Shown here: piece after piece, positions 9,237 to 19,500 of the stretch
How positions within the stretch are numbered: position 1 is the stretch's first letter
Layout: the number at the start of each line of letters is the position of its first letter
Virus record (IMG/VR): IMGVR_UViG_3300045972_000344
Coordinates: 1-61,328 of that record
DNA: 61,328 nt
Reading direction: 5' to 3' (one strand)
Source of the DNA: a virus
Taxonomy: Duplodnaviria > Caudoviricetes
Position numbers and translations under genes: made by a program
Notes under the pieces: generated by a model
What the model was told of the DNA's origin: nothing
The model's database searches: none
Seen by the model: the letters and a program-made list of their open reading frames with translations, nothing else

Positions 9237-9950
9237 GTGGGCCTTCTCCTCGCCCTCCAAGGAACCGGAACGACCGCCGCCGCCCTCGCGGCGGCTGGTT
9301 CGTCTTCATCCACGGGGAGCGGGGCGCTCACCACGGCCATCCGGCTGCTGGCCGCCGCCTCGGTTCTGGCGACCTCGACCGCCGACCTCACCACTTCCGC
9401 CGCCTCCCCCGCCATCTCCGCCTCCGGGGTTTCCTCCAGCAGCGGCACCGCCGCCCTCACGGCCTCGATTCGCCTCACAGCGGCCGGGGCCGAGTCCTCT
9501 ACGGGGGTTGCCGCCCTGGGGATGCCCTCGGCGCTCCTGGGGGCCTCTGGCGCGTCCAGCGCGTCCTCCACGGCTGCCCTTTCAACCTCCGGAGCCAAGT
9601 TCTCCGCCGCAGGGGTCAGCGGGGCCAATTCCACGGCCGCCTTCACCGCGTCCATCCGGTTCGTGGCCCAGGGCCAGGAGTCCTCCCAGGGCACGGCCGC
9701 CCTGACCACCTTCCAGGCCCTCGGCACCGCCCCGGGGTTCGTAACCTCCTCCGGGTCCGCGTCTCTCACCGTCCCCCGCCTGCTGTTCGCGGATGGGTTC
9801 GTGTTCTCCTCCGGGACGGCCGCGCTCTCCACGAGCGGGATGGAAGTGAAGCCCGCCGCCCCGGGCCGGGAGTTCCCCGTGTTCTCTGATCCCCGCGTGT
9901 TCAATGTCTACGCCGAGTCCCGCTTGATGGAGGTCCACAATGACCTGTAA
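9237..9950 (+). CDS. Ala/Ser/Thr-rich repetitive fibre protein
   Basis: repeated SSS(G/S)TAALT units; AAGGAG RBS with GTG start. Confidence 0.55.
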   Translation: MGLLLALQGTGTTAAALAAAGSSSSTGSGALTTAIRLLAAASVLATSTADLTTSAASPAISASGVSSSSGTAALTASIRLTAAGAESSTGVAALGMPSALLGASGASSASSTAALSTSGAKFSAAGVSGANSTAAFTASIRFVAQGQESSQGTAALTTFQALGTAPGFVTSSGSASLTVPRLLFADGFVFSSGTAALSTSGMEVKPAAPGREFPVFSDPRVFNVYAESRLMEVHNDL

Positions 9951-10278
9951 TTCCGATGCGATCCGCGAGCAGGCCCCGACCTCCCACCTGGACTACGGCT
10001 TCAATTGGGCCACGGCGCCCCTGGAGACGGGCGAGACCCTGGCATCCTCGACCTGGGATGTGGACCCCGTCACCGTGCCCCCGCTCGTGCTCGACAACCC
10101 CGGCCTGATCATGCCGGATGGCACGGAAGCCACGGGCGCGGGCGCCACGCGCTCGGTCGTCTGGGCCTCGGGAGGCTTGGCGGGCCAGGACTACACGGTC
10201 ACGAATCGCGTGGTGACTACGATGTCCCGGGGGGATTCCCGCTCGTTTGTCCTGCGGGTGCAGGAAGTGCTGGGGTGA
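9940..10278 (+). CDS. fibre-tail adaptor-like protein
   Basis: LDYGFNW...SSTW...VWASGG..GQDYTVTNRVVT..R.DSRSF. Confidence 0.7.
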   Translation: MTCNSDAIREQAPTSHLDYGFNWATAPLETGETLASSTWDVDPVTVPPLVLDNPGLIMPDGTEATGAGATRSVVWASGGLAGQDYTVTNRVVTTMSRGDSRSFVLRVQEVLG

Positions 10279-10528
10279 AGGGCAGGGCCGGGATCTCCCC
10301 GATCCCGCCCTTCTCCTGCGCCTGGGCCATTGCCTCCATGTGCCAGGACCAGTGATCCATGGCGTCCGGGTGCTCCTCCAGGTGCTGCGCGCCGTAGCGG
10401 CTGTGCATGTGGTGGGCGCCGTCCTGCAGCAGCTTCCGGTAATCGTGTTCCGCCGCCTGGGTCTCCAGGTCGGTTTCGGCGAGCGCGCGGGCCAGCCCGT
10501 GGCGGGGATCGGCTTCGGGGGTCTTCAT
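10217..10528 (-). CDS. hypothetical protein
   Basis: ATGA-coupled end of the minus-strand operon. Confidence 0.55.
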   Translation of the reverse strand: MKTPEADPRHGLARALAETDLETQAAEHDYRKLLQDGAHHMHSRYGAQHLEEHPDAMDHWSWHMEAMAQAQEKGGIGEIPALPFTPALPAPAGQTSGNPPGTS

Positions 10529-10686
10529 TGGAGCCTCGCTTGGTCGAAGGTCATGGTGTCCACCGGGGCGAATTCATCCACGCGAGGGTGCTGGCACCCG
10601 GCCATGACGAGCCACCCGCACTCCGGGCAGGCGTAGCTGCCCCGCCTCAGATCGGTGTCTTCGGGGTGGTGCTGGCATTGGCTCAT
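10525..10686 (-). CDS. 53-aa Zn-finger microprotein (not in ORF track)
   Basis: MSQCQHH...YACPECGWLVMAGCQHP; ATGA overlaps at both ends. Confidence 0.6.
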   Translation of the reverse strand: MSQCQHHPEDTDLRRGSYACPECGWLVMAGCQHPRVDEFAPVDTMTFDQARLQ

Positions 10687-13600
10687 GCGGCATCCTCGGT
10701 CTGCTGTGCCTTCCGGGCCCGGAGCGCGCGGAGCGTCATCCCGATCCCGCTGTCGTCCAGGTATCCCTCTTTCGACTGGTAGATGCCAGCCAGAACCTGC
10801 TTTTTCTGCACCCGGGCCCGGGCGTTCCGGTCGTAGGCGTGGTCAGCCAGCAGGTTGGTCACCTCCACATCGGAGGTCTGGCCCAGGCGGTCGATGCGCG
10901 CCGTCCTCTGCTCGTGGGTCTTGTAGGTCATCGGCTGGTCGAAGTGGATTAGGTGCTTCCCGCGCTGAAGGTTGGCACCCGTGGCCGCCGCGTCCGAGGC
11001 GATCAGGATGTCCGCCGTGGGCTCCCGGCCCGGCCCGCCCTGGAAGGCTGCCAGCTTGCCCGGCTTCTCCCTGGAGGAGTCCTTGCCGCTGATGGACGCC
11101 ACCCGCAGGCCCGCGTCCTCCATGGCCTTGTGGAGCGCCTCGACCGCTTCCAGGCGGTGCGCGAAGAGGACCACGGGCTTGCCTTCGGCGATGCTCTCCC
11201 GGGCCATCTTCACGGCGGCTGCCATCTTGGCCCCGCCGATGTTGATTGCTCGGTCCATGGCCGCCTCTCGGAAGGTGCCGACCGCCTTGCGCACCCCCTC
11301 TGCGATGGCCGGGTATTCCTCCTCCGGCTTCCCGATGAAGGAGCGCGGGGCGAGTTCCTTGGCCCATTTCAGGGTGTCTTCCCCGAGGCGCAGCTTCCCG
11401 GCCGCCTTCTCGATGGTGGCGATCTGGGTCTGCTGGTCCGCGTCCAGGCCGATGGTCTCGTCATGGTGGTGGGCCACCTTCCCGCTGCCCACGCGCTCGG
11501 TGAAGAAGTAGCGCGACAGTTCGCCCTTGAGGCCCCGCCGCGAGATCGCCGAGTCGGATCCGTAGCGCCGCAGGAATTCGTCTCGCCCCTGCCTCGGGTA
11601 GCGCACGGGATCGATCTTGTGGAGCCAGTCGTATGCCTCGCTCGGGTCGTTCTTCACCGGGCTCCCGGTGGCTCCGATGTAGTGGCTGGCGTTGTGCCCG
11701 TGGGCATCGATGATCTTGGAGAGGAGGCTGTCCGGCTTCCCCTTCCGGTTCAGGGCGTCATGCCCCTCATCGATCATCAGGGCATCGAAGCTGGCCCCTT
11801 CCTTGGCGAACGCCGCCTTCAGGTTGTCCTTCAGATCCTCCGGGGTGGCGCCCATGGCCCACTTCGCGGCATCGTCCTCGCTGATCCCCCGGTGGGACGC
11901 CAGCAGCTTCACTGAATCGTCCCGGACGGCCGCGTGGGTCATCACCACGGCATGCTTCTCTGGGTCTCGGTAAGCCTGCAGGCGCTGTTCAAAGGATTCG
12001 CCCGGGACGGCATGCAGCTTGATCCCGGTGGTGGGGTCCAGGAAGTTCGCCGCCTCGGCTCCGAACTGCTCCTGAACGATGCTCGGCACGGCCATGAGGA
12101 TCTTTTTGCCCTGCCCACTGTGAACCAGCGAGGAGGCGGCGCCCATCATGATCCCCGTCTTCCCGCTCCCGGCCCCGTAGAACAGCCCCATCCGGTGCAG
12201 GCTGTTGAACGCCTTGATCCCCCGCTGCTGGGCCCGGAAGTCCCGCCCGGTCCCGGCATCGTATCCCATGTGCATGCCCTCCTGGACCTTGACGGGCTTC
12301 ATGCTCCGGCTCTGAAATGGGGCCGATGCGTTGGGCATAGCGGCCGACAGTTGGGCCTCGATCCGCGCGCCCAGGCGGTAACGCTCGCCCGGCGCCGCTT
12401 CCGGCTTCTCCCATTTCTGGGGCTCATCGCTCTCGGGAGCACCCGACAGTTCATCGGAGCCGAAGAGAGCGCCCCCCTGCCCGAAGAGCCCGGCTTCGTC
12501 CGCCTGCTCCATGCGCTCGCGGACATTGACCGACCGGAACTTCCCGGCGCCGCCGCGCTGCATCTTGGCCTGCTTCGACCGCCGCTCCGCTTCGAGTTCG
12601 GCCGCCTTCTCCGCCCCGGCAGTCGCCTTGAGGTGCGTGGAGTAGTGGGCGATGTCCCCCGTCCCCATCTGGAGCACCTTGCCCGTCAGCTTGGAATAGT
12701 GGCCGTGGAACTTCTCTGCGAGGCTGCTCTGCATCTCGCCCTGGATCGATTCGGTGGCCGCCTTGAGGCCGCCCATCTTCTCGATGTAGTCCGCCCAGGG
12801 GCTGTGGGAATCGATGGCCGCGAGGCGCCGCTCCAGCAGGGCCCGCTGCTCCCCGTGGGCCGCCGCGAAGGTGGACCCTTCCGCCGGGGCCGGGCCGAGG
12901 TCGTCAAGCTGCTGCTGCAGATCCTGGCGCTGGGCCTCCCCGGGGGAGTTCTTGCGGATGATGGCGTTCTTTTTCCGCTGGTATTCCTGATACTCCGGGC
13001 TCTCGGTGGGGCCCATGTCCTCGAAGAGGCTCATGCCCCCGGTGGTCTCATCGAACTGCTCAGGGGCCGGGCCCAGGGCCTGGAGTGCGTTCGCCAGATC
13101 CTCGCCCTTCTTCCCGTGGTGCTCCCGGTAGAACCAGTCCCGGATGGCGTGGCGCTGGATCGTGGTGAGTTCCCCGATTCCGGCATGCGCAGCCTGCAGG
13201 CGGGGGTCTTCGGCGATGGCCCGGTGCAGGGCCTCCCGGAAGTCCGGGTGATCTGGGTCCAGGGTCTGCCCTTCCAGGGTTCCGGTGTCCCCGCTGGAGT
13301 CCAGGAACTTCCGGCCGAGGGCATCGATGCTCGCCTGGATCTGCTTCGGCTCCCGCATCTTCGTCTTGTAGACCGTGTGCCCCGCGCTGTCCCGCACGAC
13401 CTGCCCGTTGTGCATCTCGGCCACGGGCTCGCCCTGCTCATCCCGGACCATCTCGTGGGTGGGGACCAGCTTGTTGATGGTCTCCTCCATCTCCCCGTGG
13501 AGGTGGGGGGGGATCATGTCCCGCAGGGTCACGCCCCGCAGGTCCGAGTTGATGTCCGTCCCACGGTGCCCGTCCGCCCACCGCTGGCCGATGTAGCGCG

Positions 13601-16013
13601 CGATGGCAGGCTCCAGGTGCTGGGAATCCGCCCCCTCTGGGAGTTCGACCTTCCGGTTGAAAACGGGCGGCTCCATGAGTTCGTTGTCGTAGCGGCTGGG
13701 CGTCCGCTTGGCGAAGCCTGGGGGGATGTATCCCTCCTCATCCATCTCGCCCCGCTTGATGCTGAGGGCCAGTTCCCGCTCCGCCACGGCCGCGTGGTCG
13801 ATGGGCTTGATCAGCTTGTCCTGCCCGGCGCCCGGAATGGTGAGGACCGCCTCGCCCCCCTCGTGGTCTAGCTGGTAATCGTTCGGCATGAGGCCCATGG
13901 CCGCCGCCGCCTGGATCGCCCGTTCCGGGGTGCTCCGGCCGAGCGGAACCTGCAGGTTCTCCGCCGGGGTGCTCTGCAGGGCCGCGATGAGGGCCGCCCG
14001 CGCCTCGAAGCGACCAAGGGCGCCGCCCAGCACCGACCGGGCCTGCTTGAGCGCCTCCACCCGCGTCTTGTGCATCTCCGCCGCCGCCGCGAAGTCCTTG
14101 GGGGTGCTGAGAAGCTGTTCCTTCATGGTCTGGGCTTCCGCCCGCAGGCCCTGGGCCTCCTGGGTCGCCTGGGGCAGATCGTTCTGCTGCTCCTGGAGGT
14201 GGTGCGTCTCCAGGGCCTCCAGGATCGTCTTCTGGTCCGCAGGCTCAAAGCGCGACCGGATGGCCCGGCTCAAGACCTGGGCCGCGCACTCGGGCCCCAG
14301 GGTCTCGACCGTGTCCCGGTCCAGGAGCCCGGCGCCGAAGACCGCCAGCCCTGCCTCGTGGAGCGCCGTCCAGGCCGCGCTGCCCCGGGAGGCCGCCATG
14401 CCCTCCTCCTCACTCCCGTCCCAGGCGCCCTGCAGGGTGCTGCTCTCCGGGTTGGCCTTCTCCACTTCGTCCAGGAACTGGCTCACATGGGAGCGAAGGA
14501 TCTGCTCGGTCAGGTCCGCGACAAGAGCCTCTTTATCCTCGGGAGAAGGCTCGGAGGCTGTCGCCAAGAACCCCGGTTGAAAAACGCGCCCGGTCTTGGC
14601 CGCGACTGCCTCCTCATACGCCTCCCGGAGCGCCGCCCGTGCCTTGAGCATGCCCCCGAGGTTCGCATTGTCTGCCAGCGCATCCTTGATGGCCGTGGCC
14701 GTGGCCTCCGCCCTGCGCTGCTGGAGTTCCTTCGTGGCGATGTGGGCCTGGACGGCTGCCTGGGTCTGCTCCTCATTCCGGGGTGCCCCGGGCTCGGCAG
14801 GGTTGACGCGCGGGGCCAGCCCCTGGGATTCCTTCCATGCGGCCGTGGCGCCGACCAGCTTCTCCGCCGTCAGGCCGTTGGCTTCGGCGCGCTCTCGGAT
14901 CGCCCGGTCGTATCCGGGGCCCTTGTCCTGCTGGGTAGAGAGGATCGTGTCGATGGCGAGGCCGGGGGTGAGGTCGCCCCCCACTTCGGCGAGCCCGGCC
15001 GCGACCCGCGTCTCGGCATCGAGGGTGATCTTCCGCTGGGCTTCCTTGCAGGCCGCGAACGCCTGCTTCAACCGCTCCCGGTGGTAGGCACGGGCGACCT
15101 TGGGGTCTGCATCGGGGGTGTTGCTGAAGAGGTCCGGGGCCTCGGCTGCCTGGGAATCGTCCCCCAGAACCTGCTTGATGAAGGCGTCCTCCGCCTTCTT
15201 CCGGTGTTCCTTGGCTTGGACCGACTGCTGCACATGGGCCTCGCGCTGCTCGGGGGTCATGGCCTTGAGGGCTTCCTTCTCCGCCTGCTGCTTGGCCGTC
15301 CGGCGCTCGGTCGACTCCTGCTTGTATTGCTCGGGGCTCTTGGTCAGGTTGATGCGGAGGAAGTTCAGCTTTCCCCCGGCTCCTCCCACCACCCGGTGAA
15401 GACCAGGATGGCCTTCCACGGGGCGAAGAAGAACCGCATTGCCCTTCGTCCCCGGCCCATTAGGATGCACGGTGATCCAGCGGTCCCCGCTCTGGGGCGG
15501 GGTGTCTGCCTTGGCGACTTCGAGAGGTTCCTTTTCAGGATCCACCGCTTCAGCTTTGATCCGTTTCCCCTCAAAGAACGCCTCCAGTCCCCCGTGCTCA
15601 TGGGGCTTGCCGTGGTGGTCATGGGCCGTCTCCGCCCAGGATTCGCCCTCGCTGATCCAGTCCTCCAGGCTCCCGTTCGGGATCTGGCGGATGCTGCTGA
15701 TCGGGTGCTGCCCGGCGGGGTAGTGCTTCATCAGGACTTCGGCCGCGTGAACCGGGCTGTCGAACCCGAGGAGCACCTTCTCCTCATCGTGCTCGCCGTC
15801 CGGGTGGGTTTGCCCGACCACGAAGACGCTGGGGCTGTCCTTGTGCGGGCCCACCCACGCCTTGACCTCCCGGCGCCCCTCGCCATCGAGCCCCTTGATG
15901 ATCCCCCGTCCGGCCTTCATGCGCGTCATCCAGCCGATGCCGTCCGGGCCCTTCCCCAGCTTGAAACCGCCGGGCTCGTGGGTCATCTGGATCGGGATTC
16001 CTGCGATGTCCAT
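10683..16013 (-). CDS. large polyvalent protein: degenerate InPase-like N-terminus plus C-terminal SWI2/SNF2 helicase
   Basis: GAGSGKT, IDEGH, ATGSP, ATGANLQ, QRTARIDRLGQ; RWITVHPNG segment; ATG 16013 has GGAGG (track start 16034). Confidence 0.85.
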   Translation of the reverse strand: MDIAGIPIQMTHEPGGFKLGKGPDGIGWMTRMKAGRGIIKGLDGEGRREVKAWVGPHKDSPSVFVVGQTHPDGEHDEEKVLLGFDSPVHAAEVLMKHYPAGQHPISSIRQIPNGSLEDWISEGESWAETAHDHHGKPHEHGGLEAFFEGKRIKAEAVDPEKEPLEVAKADTPPQSGDRWITVHPNGPGTKGNAVLLRPVEGHPGLHRVVGGAGGKLNFLRINLTKSPEQYKQESTERRTAKQQAEKEALKAMTPEQREAHVQQSVQAKEHRKKAEDAFIKQVLGDDSQAAEAPDLFSNTPDADPKVARAYHRERLKQAFAACKEAQRKITLDAETRVAAGLAEVGGDLTPGLAIDTILSTQQDKGPGYDRAIRERAEANGLTAEKLVGATAAWKESQGLAPRVNPAEPGAPRNEEQTQAAVQAHIATKELQQRRAEATATAIKDALADNANLGGMLKARAALREAYEEAVAAKTGRVFQPGFLATASEPSPEDKEALVADLTEQILRSHVSQFLDEVEKANPESSTLQGAWDGSEEEGMAASRGSAAWTALHEAGLAVFGAGLLDRDTVETLGPECAAQVLSRAIRSRFEPADQKTILEALETHHLQEQQNDLPQATQEAQGLRAEAQTMKEQLLSTPKDFAAAAEMHKTRVEALKQARSVLGGALGRFEARAALIAALQSTPAENLQVPLGRSTPERAIQAAAAMGLMPNDYQLDHEGGEAVLTIPGAGQDKLIKPIDHAAVAERELALSIKRGEMDEEGYIPPGFAKRTPSRYDNELMEPPVFNRKVELPEGADSQHLEPAIARYIGQRWADGHRGTDINSDLRGVTLRDMIPPHLHGEMEETINKLVPTHEMVRDEQGEPVAEMHNGQVVRDSAGHTVYKTKMREPKQIQASIDALGRKFLDSSGDTGTLEGQTLDPDHPDFREALHRAIAEDPRLQAAHAGIGELTTIQRHAIRDWFYREHHGKKGEDLANALQALGPAPEQFDETTGGMSLFEDMGPTESPEYQEYQRKKNAIIRKNSPGEAQRQDLQQQLDDLGPAPAEGSTFAAAHGEQRALLERRLAAIDSHSPWADYIEKMGGLKAATESIQGEMQSSLAEKFHGHYSKLTGKVLQMGTGDIAHYSTHLKATAGAEKAAELEAERRSKQAKMQRGGAGKFRSVNVRERMEQADEAGLFGQGGALFGSDELSGAPESDEPQKWEKPEAAPGERYRLGARIEAQLSAAMPNASAPFQSRSMKPVKVQEGMHMGYDAGTGRDFRAQQRGIKAFNSLHRMGLFYGAGSGKTGIMMGAASSLVHSGQGKKILMAVPSIVQEQFGAEAANFLDPTTGIKLHAVPGESFEQRLQAYRDPEKHAVVMTHAAVRDDSVKLLASHRGISEDDAAKWAMGATPEDLKDNLKAAFAKEGASFDALMIDEGHDALNRKGKPDSLLSKIIDAHGHNASHYIGATGSPVKNDPSEAYDWLHKIDPVRYPRQGRDEFLRRYGSDSAISRRGLKGELSRYFFTERVGSGKVAHHHDETIGLDADQQTQIATIEKAAGKLRLGEDTLKWAKELAPRSFIGKPEEEYPAIAEGVRKAVGTFREAAMDRAINIGGAKMAAAVKMARESIAEGKPVVLFAHRLEAVEALHKAMEDAGLRVASISGKDSSREKPGKLAAFQGGPGREPTADILIASDAAATGANLQRGKHLIHFDQPMTYKTHEQRTARIDRLGQTSDVEVTNLLADHAYDRNARARVQKKQVLAGIYQSKEGYLDDSGIGMTLRALRARKAQQTEDAA

Positions 16014-16089
16014 GCCGTCCTCCGTGCTCGACATTCTCCCATGACAAAGGCCCGGTTGCCCGGGCCTCGTGTCACTTCCGTGCGGGGGT

Positions 16090-16596
16090 CTACGCCTTGG
16101 GGACGGGGGTGCCCACGGTGAAGACCACCTGAGTCGCGGGCAGGGGCGCGGGCGCCACGGCGGACACCGCGAAGTCCTGGCTTCCGCTCACGACCGATCC
16201 GTCCGGGTTGGTCCCGTGGACGGTGAGGGCCGAGTTCCCGGCCGCCAGACCCTGGACCGTGATCTCCGCCGTTTCGGCAGGGACCGAGGAGTCGTAGGGG
16301 GCGGTGAAGGCCGCGCCGATGACGCTGGGGTCACCGGGGACGAGGGTGATGTTGGTCACCTTGGCCGGGGCGCCGTTGGCGTCCAGGAAGGCGATGGAGA
16401 CAGGCACCTGCTGGGTGCTGTCGAGGAGGGCGGGGCTGCTCATGGGGATGCTCCAAAAAAGGAAGGGGTGGCGGAAAGCTATTGTGACAGCGTTCCGGTG
16501 GTGGTGGTGACGGTGTAGAAGGTGCCAGATAATCTGGCGGAGCCTCCCGAGGATGATGTTCAGGACCGTGGCGAAGATGCGGAGGTGGCGCCTCAT
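16090..16596 (-). CDS. Ig-like beta-sandwich protein (start may be 16443)
   Basis: beta-rich C-terminal ~117 aa; ATG 16596 overlaps upstream stop; alternative ATG 16443 after GGAG. Confidence 0.55.
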   Translation of the reverse strand: MRRHLRIFATVLNIILGRLRQIIWHLLHRHHHHRNAVTIAFRHPFLFWSIPMSSPALLDSTQQVPVSIAFLDANGAPAKVTNITLVPGDPSVIGAAFTAPYDSSVPAETAEITVQGLAAGNSALTVHGTNPDGSVVSGSQDFAVSAVAPAPLPATQVVFTVGTPVPKA

Positions 16597-19500
16597 CCTT
16601 GAGCCTTGGCCCGGTGGTAGCTGGCTGCGGCGTGGTGGGCTTCCCAGGCTTTCTGGTGGCCCTCGTGCTTGTAGTCGGTGTCTTCGTTGGCCTGCTCGTG
16701 ACTCATCTCAGCGGCCATGTGGCTCATCTCGGCAGCGTGGTGGTCTTCCTTCGTCCCGGTCTGCTCTGCCTTGACGGACGCGGCGTGGGCGGTCTGGGAG
16801 TAGGGGAGCATCTGCTTCCCCGTCCTGCCCTTGGTGCCCTTGGCAGCGGCGAGCGCCCTGTCGTGGTGGGTCTCAGGCGGGGTGCGCGCCTGCATCGCGG
16901 CGACCTGCCCATCGTGGTAGGCGGCCTTCGTTTCGTGCTGCCCCCGGACCTCGCTGTCGTATTGGATCGCGGCGGCGTGGCGGTGAGCGGCTGCAGCCTC
17001 CTCGTGGACCTTGGCGCCTCCGGCCGGGGCGAGGGTGGTCCGGCTGGCCGACTCCGCCCGCTTGGCTCGGAGGTTGATTTCATCGTGCCCCTTCGCCATC
17101 TCGGCTCGGTGGTGCTCGATCTTGGTCCGGTGTGCATCGGCCTTCAGGAAGTGGTGGTCGGCAGGGTATTGGTTGGCATGCGCCGTGGTGCCCATCTTGG
17201 TCGCAGCCTCCCGCGCCTTCCCGTGGGCCTCGATGGCGAGGAGGTGCTTGGCGGCATGCTGATCGTGGGACTGGTAGTTGTCCTCCAGCTTGTGGGCATC
17301 GGCATGCTCGCTCAGGTGCCCGGCGATCTTGGTGGCGTGTTCATAGGTTCCCTGGTTCCCCGTGTTCTCTTTCGCGTGGTCGACCGACATTCCGAAGTGG
17401 CGGCTGGCCGCGTGGTAGTGCTCGCTGCCATTGCCCTCGGCATGCGCCTGGAGGTGAGCCTCCCCGGCCTTCTCGTGGAGCAGGGCGGCCTTGCCGTGGG
17501 CATCCTCGTATCCCGCCTCCCCGCGCGCATGGGCAGAAGTCTCGCGGCTGGCCTTGTCTGCAGCCCGGGTGTGGTCATCCGGGGTGGCGGCCGAAGCCTT
17601 CCCCTCCTGGTGGGCCTTGGTCTCGCGGTCTGCCATCTCCATGGCCTCCTCTCGGGTCTTCCCGTGGCCCAGGATGGCGCCGCCGGAGGAGACCGAGTGG
17701 ATGGGCTGGCCCGTGGAGTCCTCCCCCTCGGTGTGCCGCATCCCGTTCGGGAGTTCGGTCACGATGGGGGTCTTCTTCGCCCGGGCCGCCGGGGCGAGTT
17801 CGGCCGCCTTCTTCGCGTGGCTGGAGGCGTAGTGGCCGTGCAGGTTGGCTTGGTCCTCATGGCCCCGCTGCTGCCACGCCTCGGGGGCATGCTGGGCGGC
17901 GGTGCGGTGGGCCTCGGCTGCCTGCTTGTGCAGGTCAGCAGCAGCGGCATGCTCCTCGTGGCCCTTGCTGATCGAGTGGGATGTCGCCATGGTGGCGTTC
18001 TTGCTGATCGCGTTGGCCGCGTTCATGTGGGTGTCGTATCCCGAGACCTGGACCGTCTTCCCGCCCACCACCCGGGTGTGCTGCTCCACATGGGCCTTGG
18101 CGACCGTCTGCCCCTTGGGCCTGAATCGTTCGGCCACCTGGAAGTGCAGGTTCCTGGTTTCGGCGTGGCCCCGGGAGAATTCGACCGGGCCATTGTTGGC
18201 GAGGGTGTTGTGCATGTCTGAGGCTTTCCGGTGCGCCTCGTAGGCTGCCTGGATGTCCTCCTGCTTCCCCCCCCCGGATCGGACCTTCCCCGTCAGGACA
18301 TGGGCCGCGCTCGACTGGGCCTCGGCCGCCGCCTTCTGGGCCGGGTAGCTGGTAGCGCGCGCATTCCGCTCCGGCGCTGGGATCCGCAGGCGCCTGGACT
18401 CCGTGGCGTTCCCCTCGTGCGCGTCCGCGCGGCCGTCATGCTGAATGTGGGCCGCCGTGTGGTCGGTGTTCCGGTTGGCGGTCATGTCGTCAACCTGGGC
18501 CCTGGCGGCGGCCTTGTGCATCAGCGCGGCGTGTCGGTGGAGCCGGGCGGATTCGAGGTATTTCTTCTCGCTCCCGGGCCCGTATCCGACCTTGTCGTGA
18601 TCCACATCCCCGGCCCTGGCAGCCTCGCTGGCCCTGGTTGCGGAGGCGCGCTTGCTCTCGTAGGCGCTGACCTGGACGACCCGTCCGCCCTGGGTTCGGG
18701 TGTGAGCCGCGACCTCGGACTTCCCGAAATCCTGGCCCTCGACCCCGGGGGTGGCCGCATCCTTCAGGGCGCGAACCTCCTCCAGATGGGCAGTGGCCGC
18801 GTCCTCGTGGTGGCGGGCGATGGCGTGGTGGGCCTCGATGACCTCCGGCATGATGTCCATCCGGTTCGTGTGGTCCTTGGCCCGGTCCCGATGGGCGTTG
18901 GCTGCGGCGCGGTGGGCATTGAAGGCGCGGGCGTGGGAGAGGGGGGTGTTCTTTTCCCCTGCTCGGATCGTCTGGCTGTGGGCATGCTCGCTCGCCTGCC
19001 GGGCGGTTCCGTTCCCGTGCAGGTTCAGGCCGACCACCTTCTCCATCGCCATCGTGGCGTGGTCCCCGGCGTCCGGCTTCTCCATGCTCCGCTGGATCCG
19101 GGTGTGCTCATCGGCGAAGGAGTGATGACCCATGGCGGCCGTGGCGTGGTGCAGCCGGAGGGCATCGTCCGTGGATGCGGCGGCGGCGTGGTCGTGTTCC
19201 TGGGCAGCCTCCAGATGCATATGCGCGGCGTATGCATGCTGGTCGTTCTTTTCGACCCCCAGTTCCTCGTTCCCGTGGGCCTCCTCGGACGCAGCCAAGG
19301 CGTTGTCCGTGGCGGTGGCGGCCCGGGGATGGCTGCTCTGGTGGTTCATGACCTCGCCGTGATGGGTCCACATGCGGTTGAAATCGTAAGCCGCGACCTG
19401 GACGACCTTGCCGTTAACCGTTCGGGTGTGGCCCTCCACATGGGATTTCCCGATCTCCTCCTCATCGTCCTCATCCTTCTTCCGGTCCTTCTCATCCGGG

